This document shows positions 19,006 to 27,586 of a stretch of DNA of 32,000 nt, one piece after another. The translations under genes were made by a program, and so were the position numbers. The notes below the pieces were generated by a model that saw nothing but the letters and a program-made list of their open reading frames with translations, had not been told where the DNA came from and ran no database searches. Each line of letters begins with the position of its first letter. Position 1 is the first letter of the stretch. Source of the stretch: Promethearchaeota archaeon (GTDB lineage Archaea > Asgardarchaeota > Lokiarchaeia > Sigyniarchaeales > SOKP01); the NCBI GenBank assembly GCA_030606485.1, contig JAUWGH010000002.1, positions 360,001 through 392,000 on the forward strand, read 5' to 3'.

Positions 19006-20757
19006 TTATTTCTGTTTCCATAGAGGGTCTTGTTCTTGGAGTACTCGTCGTTGGACTTTCCCGACCATTGATTTAGGAATTTCTTTTATAATCTCTATTT
19101 GTTTGGGACATTTATAATGAGTAATGTTATCCTTACACCAATTAATTAACTCGTCAGAAGTTATTTTACCTATTGAGTCTTCTTGTAATTGTACCCATGC
19201 CTTAACGAGCTCATCCGTTTCTGGATCTGGTAGACCTGCAACGGCTACTTCTAGAACTGCGGGGTGGTTTCCGATTAGTTCTTCTACTTCTTTAGGAAAT
19301 ACGGAATATCCCTTATATTTTATCATCTGTTTTTTTCTATCGCGTATTGTAATTTGTCCTGTTTCATCCATGTATCCAAGATCTCCAGTAAGGCACCAAA
19401 TTCGTCCATCCCATTCTCTTAAAGTTTCTGCAGTAGCTTTAGGATTATTTAGATATCCTTTCATAACTTGTGGCCCGCATACGCATATTTCTCCAGTAAA
19501 TTCTATTCCATAACCTTTAAGTGGTCCCTTACTGAAATCTTCAGCATCAAAAATTGCCCAATCGGTGCCAGGATAAGGTAATCCTATTTTTCCAGGCTCA
19601 TCTTTTCCATTAAATGGTCCAGTACTAACTACAGTGGTACATTCTGTTAATCCGTAGGCTTCAACAAGCTTTCCTCCACTAATCGCTTCAAATTTGTCTT
19701 TAACAGGCCTGTGAAGTGCTCCTGCGCCGCTTACACACAATCTAAACATTCCTTTAAGTCTGGGTTCAGGATTCTCCTGTAAATAACGAGTCAATCCAAT
19801 GAAAAGGTTTTCAACACCCGGAAGTATAACTCCACCTTCTGGTCCAACTTCTAATATTGTATCCACGACTTCTTTTAAAGAAGAGGGAGGTCTTGGAAAT
19901 AATATGTTGTAATCACCACCCTCTATGACCACATTTTGAACGATTGTCTGACCAAAAGCATGAAACATAGGAAGAATTCCAATGCAAGCCATCGGATGAG
20001 TTGCGTCTGGCATCCATAAAAACGTTTGTTTTGCATTCGTTACACAATTATAATGTGTAATTATTGCTGCTTTTGGAACACCTGTAGTTCCACCTGTCAT
20101 CAAATATACAGCAGTATCATTTAGAGGGTCAATTTTTACCTCAGGAATATCAACTTCTCCCCTTTTATTAGCCAACTCTTTAAAGTCTAATGCCCCCGGA
20201 ACATCACCACTAGGAATGGTACCTTCTTTAATCATTTTATCTCTTATTGGTCCAGGAATTGCGACTAAATCTACAATATTTGTCGAAATAACAAAATCAA
20301 ATTTATGTTGATCTTGGATTGGTTTAATGAGACCATACATTGCATCCATACAGATTAATGCTTTTGCATTAACTTGGTTAAGAACACGCAAAATCTCCAT
20401 TGGTTTATACGTAGGATTAATAGGTGCAACAATCGCCCCCAGTTTTACTATGGCAAAATATGAAATGGTGTATTGAAAGCTATTAGGTATTAAAAGGGCT
20501 ACAACATCTCCCTTCTTTATTCCAAGTTTCGCAAGTGATGTTGCTAACGAATCTGTATGTTTTCTAAGAACCCTATAATTCATAAATGTTTTTGAAAACC
20601 AGATTGCTTTATTTTTAGCATTAGTCTCTGTTCTTTCGTCAAACCAATCGCCCATACTTATTACGGGGAATTCTGGGTGTTTAGGAACTCCTTCTTGCCA
20701 TAAACCTGAAGTAAACCATGGTTTATTATCATCAACATGCCATTTAGGTACTTCCAT
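19006..20757 (-). CDS. Long-chain-fatty-acid--CoA ligase (FadD-like)
   Basis: MTGGTTGVPK, PMFHAFG, YGLTE, TGDLG, DRKKQMIKYKGYSVFP, VGKVQRR. Confidence 0.93.
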   Translation of the reverse strand: MEVPKWHVDDNKPWFTSGLWQEGVPKHPEFPVISMGDWFDERTETNAKNKAIWFSKTFMNYRVLRKHTDSLATSLAKLGIKKGDVVALLIPNSFQYTISYFAIVKLGAIVAPINPTYKPMEILRVLNQVNAKALICMDAMYGLIKPIQDQHKFDFVISTNIVDLVAIPGPIRDKMIKEGTIPSGDVPGALDFKELANKRGEVDIPEVKIDPLNDTAVYLMTGGTTGVPKAAIITHYNCVTNAKQTFLWMPDATHPMACIGILPMFHAFGQTIVQNVVIEGGDYNILFPRPPSSLKEVVDTILEVGPEGGVILPGVENLFIGLTRYLQENPEPRLKGMFRLCVSGAGALHRPVKDKFEAISGGKLVEAYGLTECTTVVSTGPFNGKDEPGKIGLPYPGTDWAIFDAEDFSKGPLKGYGIEFTGEICVCGPQVMKGYLNNPKATAETLREWDGRIWCLTGDLGYMDETGQITIRDRKKQMIKYKGYSVFPKEVEELIGNHPAVLEVAVAGLPDPETDELVKAWVQLQEDSIGKITSDELINWCKDNITHYKCPKQIEIIKEIPKSMVGKVQRRVLQEQDPLWKQK

Positions 20758-20966
20758 AATAATTATCGACCTTTCTTTAAAATTTAATAAATTGGACTAA
20801 AGTTACGAAAGATTATTTGTCTTATTTACTTATAAATGTTTTGTGAAGCGTTTATGTTTTTCATTGATTTTATGCTTTATTTATAAAAAACAAACATAGT
20901 AATAATAATGAAAAGTAATAAATTGTTTAAAAAATAAAGAAAAATAGTGCAAGAGAATTTTACATT

Positions 20967-21149
20967 ATGAAGCCAATTAATGATGAGATGAAAGAGGAAA
21001 TCTTTAAAATGGTTTCCACTCCTGGAATTGAAATTAAAGACATTGCAGAAAAATTTGATTTGAATTTAGACGAATTGATGAAATTCTTAGAAGAAGAATA
21101 TATGAAATACAATCTTGATTTTGGACGACGTATATGTTGTAGATTTTAA
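20967..21149 (+). CDS. Small HTH-like protein
   Basis: 60 aa; IKDIAEKFDLNLDELMKFL resembles a helix-turn-helix; C-terminus RRICCRF. Confidence 0.55.
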   Translation: MKPINDEMKEEIFKMVSTPGIEIKDIAEKFDLNLDELMKFLEEEYMKYNLDFGRRICCRF

Positions 21150-21208
21150 ATTTTTAATTAAAAATATTGTAAGTTAAACTATTATTTTTTTTTTAAATTT
21201 GATTTCAA

Positions 21209-22687
21209 TTATGTGTGCTTTCTTCTATAGTCAACATATTCGCATATTTTTGCTATGCAACTAATTGGTCGATCCCATAATTTAAATAACATAGCTCCAT
21301 TTTCCCTCAATTTTTTAGACCAGAAGGTTGAAAAATTTTGTGGATTTACATAAAAAATGGGAATTGAGAATCTTTTAGAGTTCTTTAGTGTTGGTTGAAT
21401 TAATTTATGAACTAATTCTTCAGTTTTTTCATAGTCCTGTTTTTGAAAATCTGCATAAGGAGAAATTTTGTCATATTTAAGATAATTATCCATAACGTCT
21501 TGAAATCCAACAACGCCATATTGGATGAGAACATCAATTTCTCCAGATTTCATTAGGATTTCGGGAAGATTTATGTAAAAATATGGTAAATTTGTATCAA
21601 AAGCGCAATCCACAGGGTTTTTAAAACTTGCAATAGGTGGCAAGACTTCTTTTAATTGTTCTTGTAGTGATTCTGAAAATTCTGGAACGACTAAACCATT
21701 CTTTTCAGCATTATTTGCGACCATTGCACCTGGTCCCCCTGAATTTGTTATTATACCAATGCGATTTCCCTTAGGATAGATACCCCTTGTCAAAATCATA
21801 GCTAGATCTAAAAATTCTTGAACATAATCTGTTTTGATTATACCAGTTTCTTTGAATACTGCATCATAGATTTTAGCATTACCTGCCATGGAACCAGTAT
21901 GACTCTGTAAAGCACGATTTCCAGCTTTCGAACCCCCAACATATATTGCAATGATTGGTTTTTGTGAGGTAATTTCTTTTGCTAACTCTAGAAATTTCTT
22001 ACCTCTCTTTAGTTCTTCAATATATAATCCAATTACTTCAGTATTCTCATCATCTTTATAATATTCTAAACAATCTACTATATCGATATTTGCTTCATTA
22101 CCAACTGATATCGACTTTCCTAAACCTAAATCTAAATTTTCTGGATCAAAAAATATATGACTTGAAAGAGTGCCACTCTGAGATGCAATTGAAAATTTAT
22201 TTCGCTCCAAATTTTCCCATATCGATGTATTCATAGCTTTTTTATCATTTTCGGGATATATCCAGCTATTATAGATGCCTAAACAATTTGGACCAATAAA
22301 TCGAATGCCATATTTTTTTGCAATTTCAGAAATTTCCTCGGTGAATGTATTTGCACGATCCCCTACCATTTCTCGAAAGCCTCCTGAAATGAGTATAATC
22401 CTTTTCACACCTTTCTCTCCGCACTCTCTAAAGATTTGATTGACAATATTTGGTGGTAAAACAATAATAACTAGATCTGGAGTTTCTGGGACTTCAGTAA
22501 TAGATTTATACGCTTTATAACCCATAACTGTTTCTAATTTTAAATGGATGGGATAAATTTTACCTTCAAATCCAGATATGATTATATTCATTAATTGAAT
22601 AGAGGCTAAGGAGGTCCCCTTATTATTAGCTCCATAGATGGCAATGCTTTTTGGGTTTAGAATTTCATGTAAAAAATGCGTATTCAT
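21209..22687 (-). CDS. acdA: Acyl-CoA synthetase (ADP-forming) alpha subunit
   Basis: NPKSIAIYGA CoA-binding fold, GPNCLG, SQSG, SVGNEA, phospho-His motif SHTGSMAG, ITNSGGPG, NPVD. Confidence 0.8.
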   Translation of the reverse strand: MNTHFLHEILNPKSIAIYGANNKGTSLASIQLMNIIISGFEGKIYPIHLKLETVMGYKAYKSITEVPETPDLVIIVLPPNIVNQIFRECGEKGVKRIILISGGFREMVGDRANTFTEEISEIAKKYGIRFIGPNCLGIYNSWIYPENDKKAMNTSIWENLERNKFSIASQSGTLSSHIFFDPENLDLGLGKSISVGNEANIDIVDCLEYYKDDENTEVIGLYIEELKRGKKFLELAKEITSQKPIIAIYVGGSKAGNRALQSHTGSMAGNAKIYDAVFKETGIIKTDYVQEFLDLAMILTRGIYPKGNRIGIITNSGGPGAMVANNAEKNGLVVPEFSESLQEQLKEVLPPIASFKNPVDCAFDTNLPYFYINLPEILMKSGEIDVLIQYGVVGFQDVMDNYLKYDKISPYADFQKQDYEKTEELVHKLIQPTLKNSKRFSIPIFYVNPQNFSTFWSKKLRENGAMLFKLWDRPISCIAKICEYVDYRRKHT

Positions 22688-22831
22688 ATCCTATGTATAT
22701 AATTATTACATTATTTTAAAATTCAAATGATAATATTTATTGATAAATTAAAACTATTATAAAGTTATTTTAAATGGATATTACGTGCTAATTTTATTAT
22801 ATAAAATCCCTAAATAGAAAAAATATTCATT

Positions 22832-23257
22832 TTAACTAATAACATTTAAAAATCCAGCATAATCTTGATCAAAAGATACTATAAATGATATTTTCTTTTT
22901 TTCGCAAATAATAATATTACTACAATCTGTGAAACTAAATATTCTCTTATTATTAGTTAATTTTATGAGAAGTTCAGTTATTTCCTCTAACCAATCAATA
23001 GGAATTGAGATTAACTCATCAGCAATAGATTTTTCACCAAAAAATAACATTTTCATTTTTTTAATGAGGTCTTGTCGAGAACCTTTAGTTCTGTAATTCA
23101 AAAGAGTTAAGCTTTCATTTAAAATAAAATCGGAAGTATAGATCTTTCCATGTTTTCTTTCAACAATTTCCTTAAAAATATTTACTGCTCTTTGATGGTA
23201 TTTGTCTTTCATTGAAAGAAATGCAAAATAAAATCCTGTATCCAAAAATGTAGCCAT
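22832..23257 (-). CDS. vapC: PIN-domain ribonuclease toxin (VapC-like)
   Basis: FLDTG, LNE, SFTDCS, SFDQDY acidic residues intact; 141 aa. Confidence 0.88.
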   Translation of the reverse strand: MATFLDTGFYFAFLSMKDKYHQRAVNIFKEIVERKHGKIYTSDFILNESLTLLNYRTKGSRQDLIKKMKMLFFGEKSIADELISIPIDWLEEITELLIKLTNNKRIFSFTDCSNIIICEKKKISFIVSFDQDYAGFLNVIS

Positions 23258-23264
23258 ATACTAT

Positions 23265-23525
23265 TCACCCATATAGATCTTCATCAATGCTTCCCTTTGA
23301 AATATAGTCGAAATTTTCTGGCAACTTTAAAATCTCTTCCACCTGCTTTTTAGTTAATTGTGGTCGATTTGAAAAATATTGCTCTAATTCATCTAAATGG
23401 TTGGATGATATTTTGAGACATGCATTTAAAACTTCTTGTTGTGATACTTTCCGTCCAAGCCTTAAAGTTAATTTTGCGATAATTTGATCTAAATTTTCTC
23501 TGCTTGGTAATTTTACGACATGCAT
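23265..23525 (-). CDS. Putative antitoxin (VapB-like)
   Basis: ORF track starts at TTG 23540, but ATG 23525 (MHVVKLPSRENL) aligns with the paralogue start (MSSVKLNKKDLL); stop lies 7 nt before the vapC ATG. Confidence 0.75.
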   Translation of the reverse strand: MHVVKLPSRENLDQIIAKLTLRLGRKVSQQEVLNACLKISSNHLDELEQYFSNRPQLTKKQVEEILKLPENFDYISKGSIDEDLYG

Positions 23526-23620
23526 AATATTAGTATACAAAGCTAATTATTTAACTTTTTCTACTATTTTTATAAAATTATAAAATCAATTTTTAAAAAA
23601 AAAATAGAAAATATTTATTT

Positions 23621-25039
23621 TTAACTTAATTGAGGTTTTTTATCTTGCCAAGGAGCAATTTCTTCAAATGCTTTAGAGACCTGCAATACAGTTAAGTCAT
23701 CAAATCGTCTTCCAATAATTTGCATTCCAATAGGTAAACCTTCACTCGACCAACCGCAAGGAATTGATGCGGCAGGAAGACCAGTTAAATTAAAGATTGG
23801 CGTAAAAGGCATCCATGCTGTGGGTGATACCTTTTTTCCATTAATTTCAGTAGGAAATGGAATTCCAAGTTCAAATGCTGGAAATCCAGTTGTAGGAGTT
23901 ATTAAAATATCATAATTTTTAAAATATTGATAAAATTTTTCAAAAATTATTTTACGACGATGCATTGCCCTTGCGAAATCAATTCCAGTAGCTCCCAATC
24001 CAGCCTCGACAGCTTTTACCAGTTCAGGAGTCATTTTTTCCCTCCATTCCTTTAATTTGGTCATTAAATCATAAGCATAAGTCACCGTATATAATGCCAG
24101 AAAAGGTCTCTCTGGGTTCTTAAACTTTAATTTTACATGCTCAACACTCCATCCTAATTCTTCAAACTTTTGGACAGATTTAACGACATTTTCTTTAACT
24201 TCTGAATCAATTACTTTTGCATACCCCAAATCTAGAGAATAGCCAATCGTTAATTTATTCGGTTTTTCTTTAATTTTTTCTAAATAGTTTATGTTTTGTG
24301 CAGGTAATGTATAAGTATCCGCATCATGAGGACCTTTTATGGCATCTAACATTAAAGCAGCATCCTTTACATATCTAGTAATTGGACCGTAATGAATTAA
24401 CGAATCAAAATGTATTCCTGAAGTGGGATAAACTGGAACTCTTCCAAAACTGGGTTTGATTCCGTATGCTCCGCATAAACAACTAGGGATTCTTATTGAA
24501 CCTCCACCATCAGCTCCTAATGCTAGGGGACCTAAACCAGAAACTACAGCAGCTGCACCACCACCTGTAGACCCTCCGGGTGTTTTATTTAAATCCCAAG
24601 GATTGTGAGTTTCTCCAAAAATAAGATTCTTGGTTATTGCTAGGAACCCGAACTCAGGCATGTTTGTCTTCCCGAGAATCACACATCCTGCATCTTTAAG
24701 TCTTTTAACAACAGCATCATCTTCTTCAGGAATATAATTTTCATATATTTTTGAACCAAAAGTTGTTCTTATTCCTTTTATGGGCATTTCATCTTTAATT
24801 GAAATAGGAACTCCATGCAATAATCCAAGTTTCTCTCCCTTTTTTACTGCCTCATCCGCTTTTTTGGCCGTTTCTCTTGCCCAATCAAATGTGGGAGTGC
24901 AATAGGCATTAAGTTTTGGATTGATTTTTTCAATTCTTTCTATGATGGTTTCAGTTATTTCTAAAGATGTCAATTCCTGTCTTTTTATAGCATCAGCCAT
25001 ATCACAAGCTGACATATAACAAATTTCTTCTTTATTCAT
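23621..25039 (-). CDS. Amidase-signature family enzyme
   Basis: SIKD (Lys), GKTNMPEFG, PGGSTGG, GADGGGSIRIPS (Ser), GLPIGMQIIG. Confidence 0.93.
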   Translation of the reverse strand: MNKEEICYMSACDMADAIKRQELTSLEITETIIERIEKINPKLNAYCTPTFDWARETAKKADEAVKKGEKLGLLHGVPISIKDEMPIKGIRTTFGSKIYENYIPEEDDAVVKRLKDAGCVILGKTNMPEFGFLAITKNLIFGETHNPWDLNKTPGGSTGGGAAAVVSGLGPLALGADGGGSIRIPSCLCGAYGIKPSFGRVPVYPTSGIHFDSLIHYGPITRYVKDAALMLDAIKGPHDADTYTLPAQNINYLEKIKEKPNKLTIGYSLDLGYAKVIDSEVKENVVKSVQKFEELGWSVEHVKLKFKNPERPFLALYTVTYAYDLMTKLKEWREKMTPELVKAVEAGLGATGIDFARAMHRRKIIFEKFYQYFKNYDILITPTTGFPAFELGIPFPTEINGKKVSPTAWMPFTPIFNLTGLPAASIPCGWSSEGLPIGMQIIGRRFDDLTVLQVSKAFEEIAPWQDKKPQLS

Positions 25040-25172
25040 TTATTATCACATTTTTGAATTTTATTGAATGAAATTAAATTTTGCAGATTAAAAATTAATA
25101 ATTTACTATCTATTGTTTTAGTTTTAAAATTTACTTAGATATTGGAAAAAACATATATTTAAAAAAATATCT

Positions 25173-26603
25173 TCAATTAAATTGGGGTTTTTTATCTTGC
25201 CATGGTACTAGTTTTTCGAACGCTTTAGAAACTTGAAGCACGGTTAATTCATCAAATCGCCTTCCTACAATTTGCATTCCAATAGGTAACCCATCTTTAG
25301 ACCAACCGCATGGAATTGAAGCTGCGGGATGACCTGTGATATTGAATGGATAGGTGAATGGTAGCCAATCAAGAGGAGATATTTCTTCTCCATCTATTTC
25401 ATCCGGAGCCCTTTTACCTATATCGAAAGCAGTACATGCTAAGGTTGGAGTTATCAATATATCATAATTTTTAAAAAATCTACAGACTTCCTCGAAAATC
25501 ATTTCTCTTTGCACTTCAGCCAATTTAATATCTTGAACAGAATAATTCAATCCAATTTCAATACTAGCAATTAACCCAGGATCTAATTTATCCTTCCATT
25601 GCTTTAAATATGGCTTTAATCTAAAAGCAAAACCTGAAGTCCAGAAAGTCCACATAACAGATTCAGTATGACTCAAATTAACTCCAGTTTTCTCAATTGA
25701 CCAATTAAATTCCTCAAACTTTTGAACAGCATCTACAACAGATTTTTTAACCTCAGGATCAATAACTGGGGCAAACCCTAAATCAAGGGAATAACCTATT
25801 TTTATTTTATTAGGTATCTCCATAAGTTTTTCCAAATAGCTAAATTTTTGTTTTTGCAAAGAATATCTATCTGAATCATCTTCTCCTGCCATCACATCTA
25901 ACATTAACGCAGCATCCTTTACATATCTTACAATAGGTCCATTATGAACGAAAGTCCCGAAATTACCATATATTTTCATTGAATTTTGAGGAATTCGTCC
26001 AAAATTCGGTTTGAGACCATAAATACCACAAAAAGAGCTAGGAATTCTAACAGAACCTCCGCCATCTGAACCTAATGCTAATGGCCCCAATCCAGAAGCT
26101 ACTGCCGCTGCTGCACCACCACTTGAACCTCCAGGAGTTCTCTCTAGATTCCAAGGATTTCTTGTTGTTCCGAAAATTAAATTATCTGTAACTCCTTTAT
26201 ATCCAAATTCAGGCGTATTAGTCTTTCCTAAAATCACACATCCAGCTTCTTTTAATCTTCTTACAGCGACAATATCTTTTTTAGGAATATGATTTTCATA
26301 TATTTTCGATCCAAATGTAGTTCTAATTCCTTTTGTTTCCGCAAGGTCTTTTATAGATGTAGGAATTCCATGTAATAAACCTAATTTTTCACCTCTCTTT
26401 ACTGCCTTATCTGCTTTCTTCGCCGTTTCTCGGGCAAGATCAAATGTAAGAGTACAATACGCATTGATTATTGGATTGATCTTTTCAATTCTTTCAATTA
26501 TCGTTTCAGTTATTTCTTGAGATGTATATTCCTGTGTTTTTATTGCATCTCTCATATCACAAGCAGACATAAAACAAAGATTTTCTTTATTCATTTTTTC
26601 CAC
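25173..26603 (-). CDS. Amidase-signature family enzyme (tandem paralogue)
   Basis: SIKD, GKTNTPEFG, PGGSSGG, GSDGGGSVRIPS, GLPIGMQIVG. Confidence 0.93.
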   Translation of the reverse strand: MEKMNKENLCFMSACDMRDAIKTQEYTSQEITETIIERIEKINPIINAYCTLTFDLARETAKKADKAVKRGEKLGLLHGIPTSIKDLAETKGIRTTFGSKIYENHIPKKDIVAVRRLKEAGCVILGKTNTPEFGYKGVTDNLIFGTTRNPWNLERTPGGSSGGAAAAVASGLGPLALGSDGGGSVRIPSSFCGIYGLKPNFGRIPQNSMKIYGNFGTFVHNGPIVRYVKDAALMLDVMAGEDDSDRYSLQKQKFSYLEKLMEIPNKIKIGYSLDLGFAPVIDPEVKKSVVDAVQKFEEFNWSIEKTGVNLSHTESVMWTFWTSGFAFRLKPYLKQWKDKLDPGLIASIEIGLNYSVQDIKLAEVQREMIFEEVCRFFKNYDILITPTLACTAFDIGKRAPDEIDGEEISPLDWLPFTYPFNITGHPAASIPCGWSKDGLPIGMQIVGRRFDELTVLQVSKAFEKLVPWQDKKPQFN

Positions 26604-26709
26604 TTTTGAATTTACTCAATATAAATCGATTTGATGAAATATTGGAACTAATTATTATTATCTTTCTTTAATTTATAATTATTATAAATTTTCATTTAAG
26701 GTAAAAAAA

Positions 26710-26723
26710 TGCGCCCGCCGGGA
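26710..26723 (-). repeat. Isolated tRNA 3' end (positions 60-73), probable att site of an integrated element
   Basis: Minus strand TCCCGGCGGGCGCA = T60, T-stem strand CCCGG, acceptor strand CGGGCGC, A73, followed by T7 (26703-26709); no tRNA 5' half next to it. Confidence 0.7.
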
Positions 26724-26764
26724 AACGCCATAGAATAGCCCCCTAAATGACCCCCTAAAATCAT

Positions 26765-26866
26765 AATTTTTACAAAGTTTCGAAATAATTCGGAAACCCT
26801 TATTATATCACTCAATCTTTAAGGAGAATATTCATACCTCATTAAGATCTCGAATCTGATCTAAGA
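26765..26866. repeat. Copy 1 of a degenerate ~100-bp repeat (core 26825-26851)
   Basis: AGAATATTCATACCTCATTAAGATCTC matches 29466-29492 at 25/27; weaker similarity extends on both sides. Confidence 0.75.
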
Positions 26867-27133
26867 TATATTGTCTTATTCATAATCCCATAATTGAAAA
26901 ATATATTATAATTTTTATAAGTTATTAGAGATTATAGCGCGTCCGACATGGCGAAGGCGTCTGACACTACAAAAAATGTAATTATTTTGAATATTGATTA
27001 AAAATATATTAATTTTGGTTGCACGTCTGACACCCATCCATAGTGGTAGGACATGGAAAAATAAAAAATCCTAAATACAATGAATAAAAAAATTAAATAA
27101 AATTAGTGTTTTGAAATTTTTAAAAAATAGATC

Positions 27134-27158
27134 AAATATCGTGGCAGCCGAGATATTT
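27134..27158. repeat. 25-bp near-palindrome, copy 1
   Basis: AAATATCGTGGC-A-GCCGAGATATTT; arms 10/12 self-complementary. Confidence 0.85.
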
Positions 27159-27274
27159 TATTTTCTAAAAATAAGAGGAATAGATTATTTATTATTTATG
27201 AGACAATATTATTATTTTAATAATTAATTAACTTTAAATTTAAATATTATAAATAATAAAAAAATTGAATTGAT

Positions 27275-27487
27275 ATGCCATTTCACTTTGTTAAATCATT
27301 TATTATTGGAATAATATTTATCATCGCATTCTTAATTATCACTGCATTCCTCATATTCTCTGGAGTTTTAACATTTTCATTTGACCTCTTATTTTACCTT
27401 AGCATTCTTATAGGCTTTCTCTCAATAGCATTTCTAATAATTTTATTTGTTTTGGAATGTATTCTTAAAGAGTTAAGAGAGGAATAA
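27275..27487 (+). CDS. Small 2-TM membrane protein
   Basis: 70 aa, two long hydrophobic helices, charged tail; lies between the two 25-bp palindromes. Confidence 0.55.
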   Translation: MPFHFVKSFIIGIIFIIAFLIITAFLIFSGVLTFSFDLLFYLSILIGFLSIAFLIILFVLECILKELREE

Positions 27488-27545
27488 GAAAATTAAAGCT
27501 TTAATTTTAAATCATAAAATCCGAAAAATCGAAAGAAATCATATC

Positions 27546-27570
27546 AAATATCGAGGCTGCCACGATATTT
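27546..27570. repeat. 25-bp near-palindrome, copy 2
   Basis: AAATATCGAGGC-T-GCCACGATATTT; arms 11/12 self-complementary; its reverse complement matches copy 1 at 23/25. Confidence 0.85.
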
Positions 27571-27586
27571 GCGATTCTTTATATTA

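Noticed and set aside
21135-21149. CCRF tail as a Rab-like prenylation signal
   Set aside because: Four-residue resemblance only, the protein is not a GTPase, and no prenyltransferase evidence is available.
8413-22236. Short overlapping ORFs (8413, 8526, 12179, 13116, 15982, 16453, 17102, 17509, 18315, 18332, 19124, 21979)
   Set aside because: All overlap well-supported genes on the opposite strand and have no recognisable features.
23621-26603. Calling the amidases gatA
   Set aside because: They have GADGGGSIRIP/GSDGGGSVRIP rather than the GatA-typical GSDTGGSIRQP, occur as a tandem pair, and no gatB/gatC is nearby.
27133-27571. MITE with 25-bp terminal inverted repeats
   Set aside because: No target-site duplication in the flanks, and each end is itself palindromic; kept only as a minor alternative.
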